Origin: Schmidtea nova
Taxonomy: Eukaryota
Direction of reading: 5' to 3'
DNA: 64,000 nucleotides
Assembly: GCA_044892505.1 (NCBI GenBank)
Contig: CM097883.1
Coordinates: forward strand, 422,344,001 to 422,408,000
A program made the position numbers and the translations under genes. Of the stretch, positions 50,340 through 62,334 are shown piece by piece. The first letter of the stretch is position 1. Each line of letters begins with the position of its first letter. A model generated the notes under the pieces. It had not been told where the DNA came from and ran no database searches. It worked only from the letters and a program-made list of their open reading frames with translations.

Positions 50340-52712
50340 ATTATTTAAAGTGCTATCCCATAATTTTGTTCTTATTTTTGTACAAAATAATCCAGAGCCC
50401 GAAAATACCCTTTCTGAATCAACACTTGTTGGACGAATTGTCTTTAAATAATCATATACCATTTGAATATACTTTCCTCGTATTTTCTCTTTATTTTCTC
50501 TTTATTTTTTAATTTATTTATCAAAAACTCGATAACTCATATCTTTTATTTATTCTGCGGTATCCGCTAACCTTTTATAAACAAACAATTCTGATTTTCT
50601 AACAAACAATTCCAATTCTTTTTTTCACAATATATTGCCAATTTATTTTGTTGTTATGTTGTGGAACCGATCCTTCCTGGCATTCTGTTTTTTGTTTTAT
50701 CAGATCGTATAATTTATGCTTCATAGGCATTCCTACATTAACTGTAGAAGTGTCGATATTTTTATTATCTGAGTCTAAACTGGTATCAAAATCAGGATGA
50801 TTTAACTGAATCTGACTATCAACAACAATAATCGAAAGTATTTCCACAATACTTTTGATTATTGTTGCTTTATTGGTGATATGAAAAATATCGTAGATTT
50901 CCTGATTCGAAAAAACCAAATTAGGGTCTGTCAAATATGGCAGAATATCTGAATAGATAGTCCTACTCTCCTTTATGCTGCATATTAAGGCTTTTTTAAT
51001 TCAGTGCTTAAAAAATTATTTTATTTAGACAATTCATCCAACATAGATTTTAACGTTACATCGGCCACATACAAATTTGTATTTTCTTTAGATAGGGTTT
51101 CTACAGCTAGTTTGATGGGTTGCGAACTTGTGATTATATGTGACAGTAATTTTAATTCTCTGTCATTGAAATCAAACTCCAATTTTAAATCAATCAAACT
51201 TTTTCGGACATCATCTTTAAGTAATAAAAATCTCTCCAATATATTTAATAAACTATTCCACCTGGTTTTACAATTTAAAATTAAACAAAGCTCTTTCCCA
51301 ATGATTTCTTTACATATTTTTGTAATAAATTTTTTTTGATTGGCGATTTTCTATAAATTTTTACTATCTGCCGTATTTTTGTTATTAAACAATTTATTTC
51401 AGCATTTTGAAGAACAAGTTGAAAAGATTCGGTTGCTTCTTGATATATATATATATATATATATTTATATGTATATAATCATAATTATCTTTTTAAACCT
51501 TTGATCTTTTTTTCCATGCTTTATATAAGGTTGCTTTCTATATATATGTGTGTGCTACAAAATTACAAATCAATTTTTTAGTGCTTTTCTCTCAACCGAT
51601 TCACTTCAAATTTTGCACACTTGCTCACTTCCGGTGACAATACATGGAAATGAAAAAAAATTTGAAAAAAAATTTTTTTTTAAAAATTTTTTTTGAGGAC
51701 ACACGAAAAATGTAATATAATTTTCCCTTCTACAAAATATAACAAAAAAAAATTTCTCAGCCAAGTGGAGTTCTGCTCGCATAAAGCATGGATTTGAAAA
51801 AAGAATTTTTTTTTGATTTACTAGTTATTATTATTATCAGTAATTCCCATCATTATGGTGGTAAATTTGGAACCTTGGAGTGGAATAATTAGAATAATAA
51901 TTGGAAAATTAGTTTCATTATCATCATCTTGTACATATGGTGTGTTCATATTATAGAGTACTTTTACGATTTCCAATTGCAATCCGTGTACAAGGCATAG
52001 CTAATGGTTTTAATTCAGCAATTTCATTGTTTTTTTCATGACGGTAGCTCCGTCCAATGTAATGAAAACGATATGGTCCAACGAAATTTTAAATTCTTGT
52101 AATTTGCTTTTAATTAATTCTGCGCATCACTCAGCAGACGCAGGTCCATGAATTGGATTCAATCCAAGGTTCCAAAATTTACTATCATTTCCATGGATAT
52201 TAACATTAATGAATCTGTGGTTTTTAAATGATGGCCACTCATCTGTGGTAAGGCTATACATTTTTTTGTTCCTTGTGACTCGTAAATTTCCTTCGATACT
52301 TGTTCCTTAATGTTTTCTGCACATTGCATAACTATTTTTTGAATGGTTTTTGGTGACTTCGGTATATCTTGATAATCTCTTGCGTTTAATAGTTTCCTTA
52401 AATCTTCAGATGTATAGAACTTGTTGAAAGGAATGCCATCTTTTGCAATCATTCTAGCGAGTATAGCTTCAAGAGATTCGTCATTTTTTTAAATAAGAAG
52501 TGATTTTTGCTCTTTTATCATTCGCTGGTTCTATTATGCATTCTTCATTAGTTCTTTTTAATACACTGATTTTATGTTGACTCTTTAGATGGCTATGTAA
52601 ACCACTAGTACTTCCACCTCCAATTTGTATTCTTTTATTGCACTGTTTACATAAAGCTACATCTTTTGTTTCTGTCTGATTAAAATAGCACCAAATTGAA
52701 TTTTTATCCATG
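50340..52712 (-). pseudogene. Fragmented BED-hAT transposase
   Basis: BED finger IWCYF...CKQC...GSTSGLHSHLKSQH, plus DEW, CLVHGLQL, KTRWNSLL and PTSVDSERVFS. Confidence 0.88.
51440..51825. mobile_element. Possible non-autonomous Helitron/Helentron-like (HINE/DINE-1-like) insert
   Basis: Interrupts the Ac-like transposase. 12-bp subterminal inverted repeats TCCATGCTTTAT / ATAAAGCATGGA. Internal CAACCGATTCACTTCAAATTTTGCACA motif, TCTATATATATGTGTG and CTAG near the end. Confidence 0.4.
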
Positions 52713-53628
52713 GTGTCTACAAAAAAATAATAATAAGACATTATGTAGATTTTAAACAAAATAAACAATATTCTAAAATTCGAACTCGTATATTTATGAG
52801 AATATAATATTAAGATGTATTAATAAGGATTTTGGTGGATAATCAATCTCGTATTAAATTCAATTAGGCTAACAAGAAATTCTGATTGATAATATTAGAC
52901 TCTCGTAATTATTACTTCTAATTATTTTAAACAGTTTTTAGAAGTAAAAAACTGCGGTGTTAATGCTTATTATTAAAGAAATTTAGTTTGATTTTATACA
53001 ATTTGGAAGCTAATCAAATCCTTTAAAATATTTTAAAATATATTAAAAATATTTTAAAAAAAGGAGTTACTCAATTTGGTAAGTGGCACGTTAATATCAA
53101 ATGTAATAGCATAATAGTAAAATAAAAACTTACCTTAGCTTTCAAAACTCGCACAAAATACAAAAAAAATAAACTTAGAAAATATATAATATAAAATTAT
53201 TTATTTATAAAAATTATAACTTTTTGTAAATCGTGTAAAGGATTTGTAACTCTTTCACTGCGAAATTGCATGTGAGTGTTTTTTAAACCTTTACAACATT
53301 TTTTGAGCTGTTAGGGCATTTTGTATTATTTGTACACAAAATTCTCTTATCATAAAAAAATAAATTTTCGATTGGTTGCATTTTTAGATAATTTTGCGGG
53401 CTATTTTATGGAAACTTAGCGATATTATATTCATTTAGTCACGCCCACAACAGATGAGAGTAATAAATAAAAGTATTCATTTTGTATTTATCTTCCTTTC
53501 AAGTAGCCACAAGCTGAGATGTCAAGTGAAGTGAAACTTTTTTCCCTCTTTCATGCTCAAACATGTAATAAAACACCAGATTCCAACTGTGAATTTGAAA
53601 TATTTACTGTAACTTTGTCCCATTAGAC

Positions 53629-54644
53629 CAGTGGTTTCCAACCTTTTTGTACCGGTGCCCCCCTTTTTAAAAAAAAGTTGGCACGCCCCCCTTTAAAAAA
53701 CAAATTGTTGCGTCCCGTTAATTTATCTAAAAATCAAATTTCATAAATACTCAACTGGTATTATAATTTATTTAATGGGCTACAAAATAATATACAATAT
53801 TATGTTAAAATATAATATATTTATTATAAGAAATATAATAACAAAACAAAAAAAGAATATATAATTAATACTACTACAACATAAAAATTTAATGCGACGG
53901 TTGAGCTTGTTTTTCAGCATAAATTTTCTCAAACCGTGGTATTATTGAAGAAATCGCAGTTCTCAGTTCCTTTTCAATCATTAAGCGAGATCGATACTTT
54001 GTTTTTAAGACAGCTACTTTAGAAAAATTAGTTTCACATAGGTAAGATGTTACAAATGGCAATAAAATTTCTAAAGCTTTGTTTGTCAAAGTAGGAAAAT
54101 CGTCCTTTACTCGTAGCCAAAACGTAACAATATTATTTACATCTAGAAACATCTGCTTTAATGTGCTATCACTAGATAAGTCGATTATCATTTCCTGCTC
54201 TGCTGTCGTAAGGCCAAAATCATCATATTTTTCAATCACAAATGGGGTTCTAATCCATTCATATTTGGACATGTCAAGATCTTTAAAGTACAACGAGAAT
54301 TGATTCCATAGACTGGTCAAATGATTATTAATAAGAACTTTACTTTCTTCTATTTCATCAGCAAGACAGGTAATTTTAAAAGTGGGAAACATGTCAAAGT
54401 TATTATTTTTCAAACTTATTATCCACAGTTCCAATTTTTTCATAAATGCAGTAATCTTGTCTTTCTGCGTAAATTTCGCGGCGATGATTGTGGATTACAT
54501 AAACCGCTGATTCATTTTTTTGACACCTATTCGACTTTTTTGGTTTGTATTCGAAAATGATATTTTGGAAACAGCTGCATGCCCCCTTGCAACAGTCTCG
54601 CCCCCCCCCCCGAGGGGGCGCGCCCCACAGGTTGGAAACCACTG
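53629..54644 (-). mobile_element. Internally deleted Buster/Charlie-like hAT (1016 bp)
   Basis: Perfect 16-bp TIR CAGTGGTTTCCAACCT and perfect 8-bp TSD CATTAGAC. Retains the transposase C-terminus (LPFVTSYLCETNFS..KTKYRSRL, 53889-54443). Confidence 0.93.
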
Positions 54645-56437
54645 CATTAGACCTTTTAGGTATTTATAAATACGATATTTTACACATAAAAATTTCTATC
54701 AAGGATTTTTAATTTACCGCTAAATTTACCGAGAGTTTTTTGCCAATTTACCGGTAAATCGGTATACAATCCCTAGTGCGAACTGAAGTCTTATCAAATG
54801 CTGCCCCCCACCCAATTAGTTCTATAACGTGGTGACGACAGGCCAGGAATAGAAGATCTTTGTTTAGTTTGTGCTCAATCAGAGAACATGCTCCCGAACG
54901 ATGACCAGTATTAGATGCTGTCATATCCAAAGAAAGAGCAGCGACCTGAACTTCAACACTCCACTCTTCCAAACATTGAACAACTGCAGATGCTTGGGCT
55001 TCACCTGTCCCAGCTGACAGCTTTGGGTCGCAAAGTAACTGTTCGACTCCAACACCTGAGATAAGGACTGGAAGACGATCTACATGTCCATGTGTCGATA
55101 AATCTTCTATCAGCTTTCCGTCTCAGTGAACCGTTAAAGGGACAGTTAATGAAAACTCTGATCGCAAACCGGTAGATCTGGCAGCCGATTACTTGCTCTA
55201 ACACGATGTATTGAGCTTCGGTTGATGTTTAAAGGATTAACATCATGGCCAAGCTGGAAGCTACTTCATTTAGGACGAATGTAGCATACCGTGATGAAAT
55301 CTTAGTTCTGTCCAAAGCTGATGTTAAACCAGGAGAAAGTACATTAATTTTTACTCCCTTGGACTTGGGTTCACCTGGTTGACTGCAAGTTTCGCTCTTA
55401 TCAGCGAACTCTTCTTCGTCAACCTCATCATCTGAAGATGTAGTGTCAAGTGCAGCCTGGGTGGAATATACTTCAATTTCCTCTTTTAGTTCTGCTTGAT
55501 AAATATCGCTTTAGTTCTGCCTCCTTCCGATCCTGATAACATTGTCTCTTTTATTCTTCAACCTTGCCAAGAGCCTCAATTTAAGCCTAATCGACCTTTT
55601 TGCATCTGAGAGAGGAGGAATGCTCTATCTTCAGGAATAGTCATCAAAGTGAGGGCATCCACATGAGCAATGTCAAATAGATTGTCAAGGCGTGCGATGA
55701 ATTCATCCTCCTTCGTCTTGTGTCCACTGGTTTCCCGATTCTTAAGTTTTTGTAGACCTTTCCATTCAACAAAAAATACTTCCAAGTTGTCGATGTTTGA
55801 CTACCCGAACCGGAATACCTGCCTTATTCCAAAATCCAAACATCTTTTCGATGGTTTGTCGACTAGAATCACGTACTGCTAGATTGTCAACTTTGTGAAG
55901 ATGCAGGAAATAACCAAAAGCTTGGTGATGTAGTGCACTTGTAGTATTGTAATTAAAGCTTAACAGACAGTGAGACACTGATACAGGTAAGTATTGCCTG
56001 GGCAATTCAACTGTAGCAACTAGAAATCACATGTGCTTTATTATAATATTTATTATATAAGCTTTTTGCGAATTTGCAGACACCAAATATTCTTTGCAAA
56101 GAATATTTATTATTAGGTGTCTAACTCAAGTTATTGTTAATACACGCATAGCTACATTACAGCATATTAAACAACATGCGAAACAAGTTTCATAACTTTA
56201 TTTAAATTTAACGGATTTGGTAAAACTTCAAAGCTCGAGGGGCACTTGTAAATATTGTCTAATTTACATGATTTTTAGCACATAATTTTATTTCTGTAAG
56301 TGAAATACATTGGAGGGGTGTCAGAAGATGATTTCAAACCTTCATTTTTAAGTTCCACCCTTTTATGTTTGATATGTTGTGATTTATTTATTGTGTTTAT
56401 TATTATGTCGAGAATGAAGGTGTGTTGAGGGAGACGT

Positions 56438-57121
56438 TGTAGAGCCCGATAGAGTCTTACAATATCGGTGTGCAGACACTCGGGGTGTATGCTGTGTAAT
56501 TAGGTGCCTGTATGTGTGCTTACAAAGACTTGAATAAAAAATATATAAACAACAAATTATAATGAAACTTTTATTATGTTAATAAACAAAAAGCTAAAAC
56601 CACGAAAAGTTACTTATAATTTTTAATTGGATTTGTCCTTGCCAAAATTTTCTTGTCAAGATTCTCAGTCTTTTTCTGTAGTATTATCTTTATTTCGGCT
56701 TGAAATATTCGACTTGAAATATTCGACTTGAAATGTTTGACTTTAATCCTCTTTTAATTTCTCCACCAACTGTTTCCACCAATATTCAGTTTTTAATTTT
56801 ATTAATCGATTTCCTTTTATTTGTCTGCTTCAGTTATACTCAGCTTCAGAAAAACTCATTTTTATATTTTTTAATTTCATAAAAAAAATCTATAGTATTT
56901 ATTTGTGATTTGGCTTACTATAGAATTTGCTAAAGTAAGCCAAATTCAAATTTTGAATTATAAATAATTATAATAATTACATTCTAAAATAAGTATGATC
57001 TTAACTCAAGCCATTATAATTAACACAGCGACCACACGAATAATTGAAGGGGGTTTCCGTACCCAAAATACTACCAATATTAGTAACGCAACAACAATTT
57101 CAAAGATTTCTGTACACTACA
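56438..57121 (+). repeat. Copy E3 of the stem-loop/G-tract family
   Basis: TGTAGAGCCCGATAGAGTC...GACACTCGGGGTG start, palindrome at 56911-56942, GGGGG at about 57049, ends CTACA. Confidence 0.7.
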
Positions 57122-57125
57122 CACC

Positions 57126-57161
<36 letters not shown>

Positions 57162-57163
<2 letters not shown>

Positions 57164-60100
57164 ACGGTGTAGCGTGGTCAAAAAATTCGGGGAGCCCCAA
57201 CCGAAAATTGTAACAAAAGTAAGATTCATGAATCAGTACATAAACTATTAAAAAACCTTTTAACGACGTTCAGTAGTAGGCATATTCCAAAAATGTGTCA
57301 ATGCTTCAGACAATGACAACTTTCCAGAGCGTTCACTCTCCACAGCGATTATCATCAGATCTCGTAACCTTTCCTGTGTCATTACCGTTCTTAGTCTGCT
57401 TTTAATAAATTTCAGAGCTGAAAAAGAGCGTTCACAGGCTGCCGAGGTGACAGGTAATGTGAGCAATAGCCGATACAGGAGTGATAAATTTGGATAAATC
57501 GCATGACTGTCAACTTCTAGCATTTGCAAGTAAACTGAATGAAGATATGAATGTTCATTTCCAGAAGAAGACCTCAATGAAGTGCGACAAAATAATCGGT
57601 ATTCTGATATTAGGTCATTTTCGTTAACGTCACCGTTATAAAAACTGCACAGAGTGCGGAGTGATAAGAGTTTCGTCACGTCCGGTTTTATAAGACAATC
57701 AATGGATTTTAGCATAGGTAGTATCTCAGTACTGAACCTGTTCCGGAGATCGTTGAATATAACGTCTAACGTTGAGAAGAAGAAGTTATATTTCAGTTAA
57801 TCCTTTCCGGACATAACCACTTAATTTCTCCAATTTTCATCAAGGCGACGGGACACTTTCCTTCGTATTGGTTCAGAAAACTCTTGGTCAATTGTGTCAG
57901 CCAGTTTCTCTGCTTTCATCCAGTATTCATCGAAGTGAGAGTTACTTCTTAGCTCCTGCAATTCCATTATCAATGATTCCACTTGCTGAGTGGCTACAGA
58001 GATATTTGTTGATGTTTTTTGCAAGACCTTGGAGACAACATTGCATAAACGCAGGATATCACTAAATACTGTTAGGCAAAAGCAAAACTGGAAGTCTATG
58101 GCTTTCAAGAGTGCATAGGCATCACTCACTGTAGCTCGGTCAAAATTACTCTCTTCAGTCATGCGCTCCAATGTCGTATTGACTGCGGGCAAAGTTTTTT
58201 CTAAGACAACACAGTTATCTAATCGCGTTGATCACCGAGTAGCACTTAAAGGACACAGTGTTCACTCTCCAGACTCCTCTCGGATGCCATTTCCTCTTGC
58301 ACTTCTTTAAAAAGACCGTGTCTCTTAGCTGAACCCTCCATCAATGAATAGAGGCGCTCCACTATACCGAAGAAGTTACGACCAACTGGGATAGTAGTGC
58401 ACATCTCCACAACAACTAAATTAAGACGATGGGCGAAGCAATGGACAAAATAAGCTTTCGGGGACATTTGCTTCACTCTGGCTTGCACGCCACAATACAT
58501 CCCTGCCACAGATGGGCAGCCATCATAACCTTGTCCACGTATATCTTCGAACTTCAAGTCATTCTTCTTTAGAACAGTTTCTAGCTCTGTAAAAATACTA
58601 CTCGCATCACATTTACCCACATGGACCAAATCCAATAGTGTTTCCACAACGTTCCCTTTCTTAGTAATGTATCGAAGGATAATAGATAATTGTTCTTGCT
58701 TACTGCAGTCAGGCGTCGTATCCATGCAAATCGCAAAGAACTTTGCCTCTTTCACTTCTTCAGCAACAGATTTTCGTATGACTTGAGCTACAGAGTGAAT
58801 CATTTCATTTTGAGACTGGGGTGACGTGTAACTGAGGTATGCTTTGGGATTATTGTTTGCTTTTTGGTGATGACTTGCTAGCTTAGGATTGACAGAAGAG
58901 CCATAATTTCCAGAAAGACACACCTGTTTGAAGATGTTACTTCTTCTTCATGTCCTCGAAAAGGTAGACGTAAGCGTCCAAGAGTACTGGTAATGTCCAA
59001 AAGAACAGGCAAAATTTCAAACCGTTCCTGGCGCTCCGCGGCTTCTTTATGTAACAGTCTTTCTCTCTCCTTATCAATTTGAGTGTCGACAGGCGTACAG
59101 TAGAGGGCATTTGTCCACCTTTCCATGTTCTTTAGGTGCTCAGCACTTTGAGAATGTTTGTCAAATCCTCGTCCTTTCGCCAACGCTCTTTCCCAACTCC
59201 GAAAACCCACTGTTTGGAATGAAGGATCGTATTTCTCATTCCCGAACACGCGACATGCGAAACAATAAGCAGCGTCGTTGCATTCATTGTATTCCAGCCA
59301 CGGTCGATTGTGCTTGGAAGGAACGAAGCTTCCCTTTCATAGAGGTTTGTGGGTACACTGATTTCTTGCTGCGAATAGGCCCTCGTCTAAATAAATTTAT
59401 AAAAAAAAATAAACATCATGCTGCCTATACGTTTCCATTAGTAATGGACCTAATATAATCATCTTTAGCATGTCTGTCACTTGGAATAGCAAACAGATTA
59501 TCATCAATTTATTACTTGTGTGTCATTTGCATTGGTACTTGATTGAGTGAATACATCTTCAGAATCATTCATATGTGCACGATCTGCATTTCTTGGTGTT
59601 TTAATTACAAAGTTGTTCATTATACCTTAAAAACAAAAAAAATTTTTTGAAATATATAATGAAATGTTAAATGAAAGTAATAATTAAAATCACAAAAATA
59701 CCTCTGTTATCCAGATAAAATAAGTCTGAAGTGAAGGAAACTTGTAAATGCACGATTCTCATATATTATTAAATAGTATAGTCAAACAAATATGACATTA
59801 GGTACCATTAAACACATTAGATGTGACTGTTAGTTTTCAATAAAATGATTTAAAGGAAGAATGAAAATACAAGTAAATAAAAATTGCAGAAATTATTTCT
59901 ACACTTAAACTGATACTAAAGCCAACGTTCATTTTATGATAAATTTCTTATTCAAAGCATAACATTCCTATTCCTATGACTTAGAAAACTACACAAAGAT
60001 GATATAAAAATGACTTCCAATTGAGCAAACCATTTAAACTGATGTTTCAAAAAATTTGAGAAAATAGAAATGAAAAAAAGTTTCTACTCAATGTGCTTAT

Positions 60101-60412
60101 TAACTGATTTTAAAAGTCTATGTAAATACAGCTCTGTCTTTGTTTCACTTGTTATGTATCAAATGTGATTTAATGGCATAGTAATTTAGTGTGGTCTGTG
60201 GGTTACATAAAACATTTTATTTGCTAAAACTTATGGCTTATAATAGTTAGTACATTTGGTCACAAAGAGAGCACTATTTTATTTAAAAGATGAAAACAGT
60301 CTTCTTTTATAAGCGAGTAAATGATTTCATAAATGTATATTTTTATACCCTCATATGAGGAAAATTTGGGGGAGCCCTGGCTCCCCCGGGCTCCTGTGGC
60401 AAGACGCCATTG
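57162..60412 (-). mobile_element. hAT Tip100/ZMYM1-like element, frameshifted, inserted in a (TA)n tract
   Basis: Imperfect TIRs CAACGGTGTAG / AGACGCCATTG with GGAGCCC subterminal repeats. TSD is obscured by the TA repeat. Confidence 0.8.
57260..59330 (-). pseudogene. ZMYM1-like hAT transposase fragments
   Basis: TTF-type finger RPWLEY...AYCFACRVF, FFAICMDTTPDCSKQEQLS, RGQGYDG, VHCFAHRLNL and LPVTSAACERSFSALK across four frameshifted ORFs. Confidence 0.92.
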
Positions 60413-60464
60413 TATGTATTTATATGTATGTACGACGCTGTATCTTGTGTGTGTAAAGAAATGT

Positions 60465-61553
60465 TGTAGTGCCTGAGAGAGTCACCTTTTAATTGTTGGG
60501 ACACTCGGGGTGTTTGCTGTGTAAGTGATTGTGGTGTGGTAAACTTTACAGTGACTGAATTTAAAATATAAATAACAACCGAATATCACAAACAATTGAT
60601 GACTTTAACAAATTTTATTAAGGAAAAATAAACTGAAAAACCACGAAATGTTACTTTATTATAATCTGTATATAGATAGTTCGACCCTGGACCTTCCGGA
60701 GATATTATGATATTAACCCGTTAACGCCCAATTTAAAAATTTTCCGATAATTAAATAAAATAAATAATAATTAAATAATTTTTTTCTCAAAATCTATTTT
60801 AAGAACTGAGATAAAAAAAATCATCCTTAGTTCAGTGTAGACTAAAGGACAAAATAATATTTTTTATATTGAATTTGAACATTATTTAATTGCTTAAATA
60901 AAAATAAAATCCTGGCGTCTTATAAATAGGACACTGGGATGTAACGGGTTAAATGGACAATTGGACCTGTTCAATATTTTGAGTTTGACTAATGGTATGG
61001 AATCAAAGGACTGTTGATATATTGGTGTTATTGCTGAGAGAGCTTGACTTTAAACAATAAGGATATTATACGTATAAATGGTTGTTGACGTTTCTTTTAG
61101 AATTTTCTAGATATATACTTTTCAGTTCTTGTCGGCTGTTTAATATTTTGTGTTGGGCTAATTATCTGGAATTGTTTGTCTGTTGATATCTTTATATTAT
61201 AATTGAGAGGACTTGACTCAAGAACAATAATCTTATAATTCAGATAATTGTTGCTTCATTTTTCCTTTAGATTAATTTTTCTTTAGTCTTCCTTTAGTTT
61301 AATTCTTCTAGTAGGTAAATTTTATCTATTTAAAATAATCAATTTCAATTTTCTTTTTCATTAGCTTACTATAGTATATTACTATAGTAAGCTATTTAAT
61401 TCAAATTAAAAATTTGGATTTTGTTAATTATAAATAATAATAATAAAAATAATCCCCTGACATAATGCTCCTAAATAATGATAAGGGGGGTTCCGATATA
61501 CACAATACCATCCACAATAATAATAATGAATAATTCCAATTATTCCTATACAC

Positions 61554-61556
<3 letters not shown>
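60465..61556 (+). repeat. Copy E4 of the stem-loop/G-tract family (contains a piggyBac MITE)
   Basis: TGTAGTGCCTGAGAGAGTCACC...GGGACACTCGGGGTG start, perfect palindrome at 61362-61394, GGGGGG at about 61485. Confidence 0.7.
60717..60948. mobile_element. piggyBac-type MITE (232 bp)
   Basis: TTAA at 60713-60716 and 60949-60952. TIRs CCCGTTAACGCCCA / TGGGATGTAACGGG. Confidence 0.8.

Positions 61557-61621
<65 letters not shown>
61556..61621. repeat. (TA)n microsatellite
   Basis: About 33 AT units. Confidence 0.95.
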
Positions 61622-61624
<3 letters not shown>

Positions 61625-62234
61625 AATAATTCAAAATTGATTAATAACAGAGTATAATAATACAGTAATATACAGTAATTCCAAACATTCACGGAAGTAA
61701 ACAAGATAAACAAAAATATCAAATAGTAAGCTATAACTTTTATGGTGCATTATATTGAATTATTAAACCTTATATGTCTAACTTCTATTACAGAATCATT
61801 AATAATATATTCTTCAGAAACATCTCTGTTAGAAAAAATTGCAATCCCTTCAAAAGTTGTAATAAAAAAGAAATCGTTAGTTAATGTTACTGTAGTGATA
61901 ACTCTGATATATAATTTTTTAAATCAACTTAAACAAGAGTATAACTTGGCTTAAATAAATTTAAATTTTTTTCAAATATACTTAGGTAACGAAAATACGC
62001 TATCTGTGTAACAATACAAAAATTATACTTCTTTTTGTCCAAGACTCGTAAAATTTGTTGTACGCAGTTCACATCACACATAAGACAGAACTAAATTGTA
62101 GATTATATGCGCCACTCTTTTATAGTTCATATTATAGACTAGTAACTAGTCTAGATGGTGCAAGTATCGACTCTATTTATTTTAACTTCCATATTAATAA
62201 AAATGTGTCACAATTTTTCAATTTTATATTAAAC

Positions 62235-62282
62235 TTTGCGTGGACCCTCTGGGGTCCGTAGGGACCACTTTGGGAACCACTG
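62235..62282. mobile_element. Single Charlie-like hAT terminus
   Basis: Reverse complement reads CAGTGGTTCCCAAAGTGGTCCCTACGGACCCC. Confidence 0.6.
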
Positions 62283-62334
62283 TGTAAAGTAATTATACGA
62301 TTATATTGTAGTATTAAATTTGTATAAATGAAAC

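Larger units (their letters stand above)
50012..54775 (-). mobile_element. Ac/hobo-like hAT with BED finger, decayed, inserted in the hATm-like transposase
   Basis: TIRs TAGGGATTGTA(AATT)TACCGATT. 8-bp TSD GTGCCAAC / GTGCGAAC (7/8). TTTACCG subterminal repeats. Removal restores DKTSV|GTSTGPDILLFKRF. Confidence 0.9.
48666..56362 (-). mobile_element. hATm-like element (decayed) hosting nested insertions
   Basis: About 160-bp imperfect TIRs (TAGAGTGG.. / ..CCACCCTT; shared CCAAT, CTAAAAATCAT, GACAATATTTA, CCCTCGAG). Transposase pieces FWNKAGIP, LFDIAH, LDMTASNTG, LACRHHVIEL, PGAMHRARWM and VVNDRAER. No convincing TSD. Confidence 0.75.

Noticed and set aside
61428-61634. YIYIYI ORF
   Set aside because: Translation of a (TA)n microsatellite.
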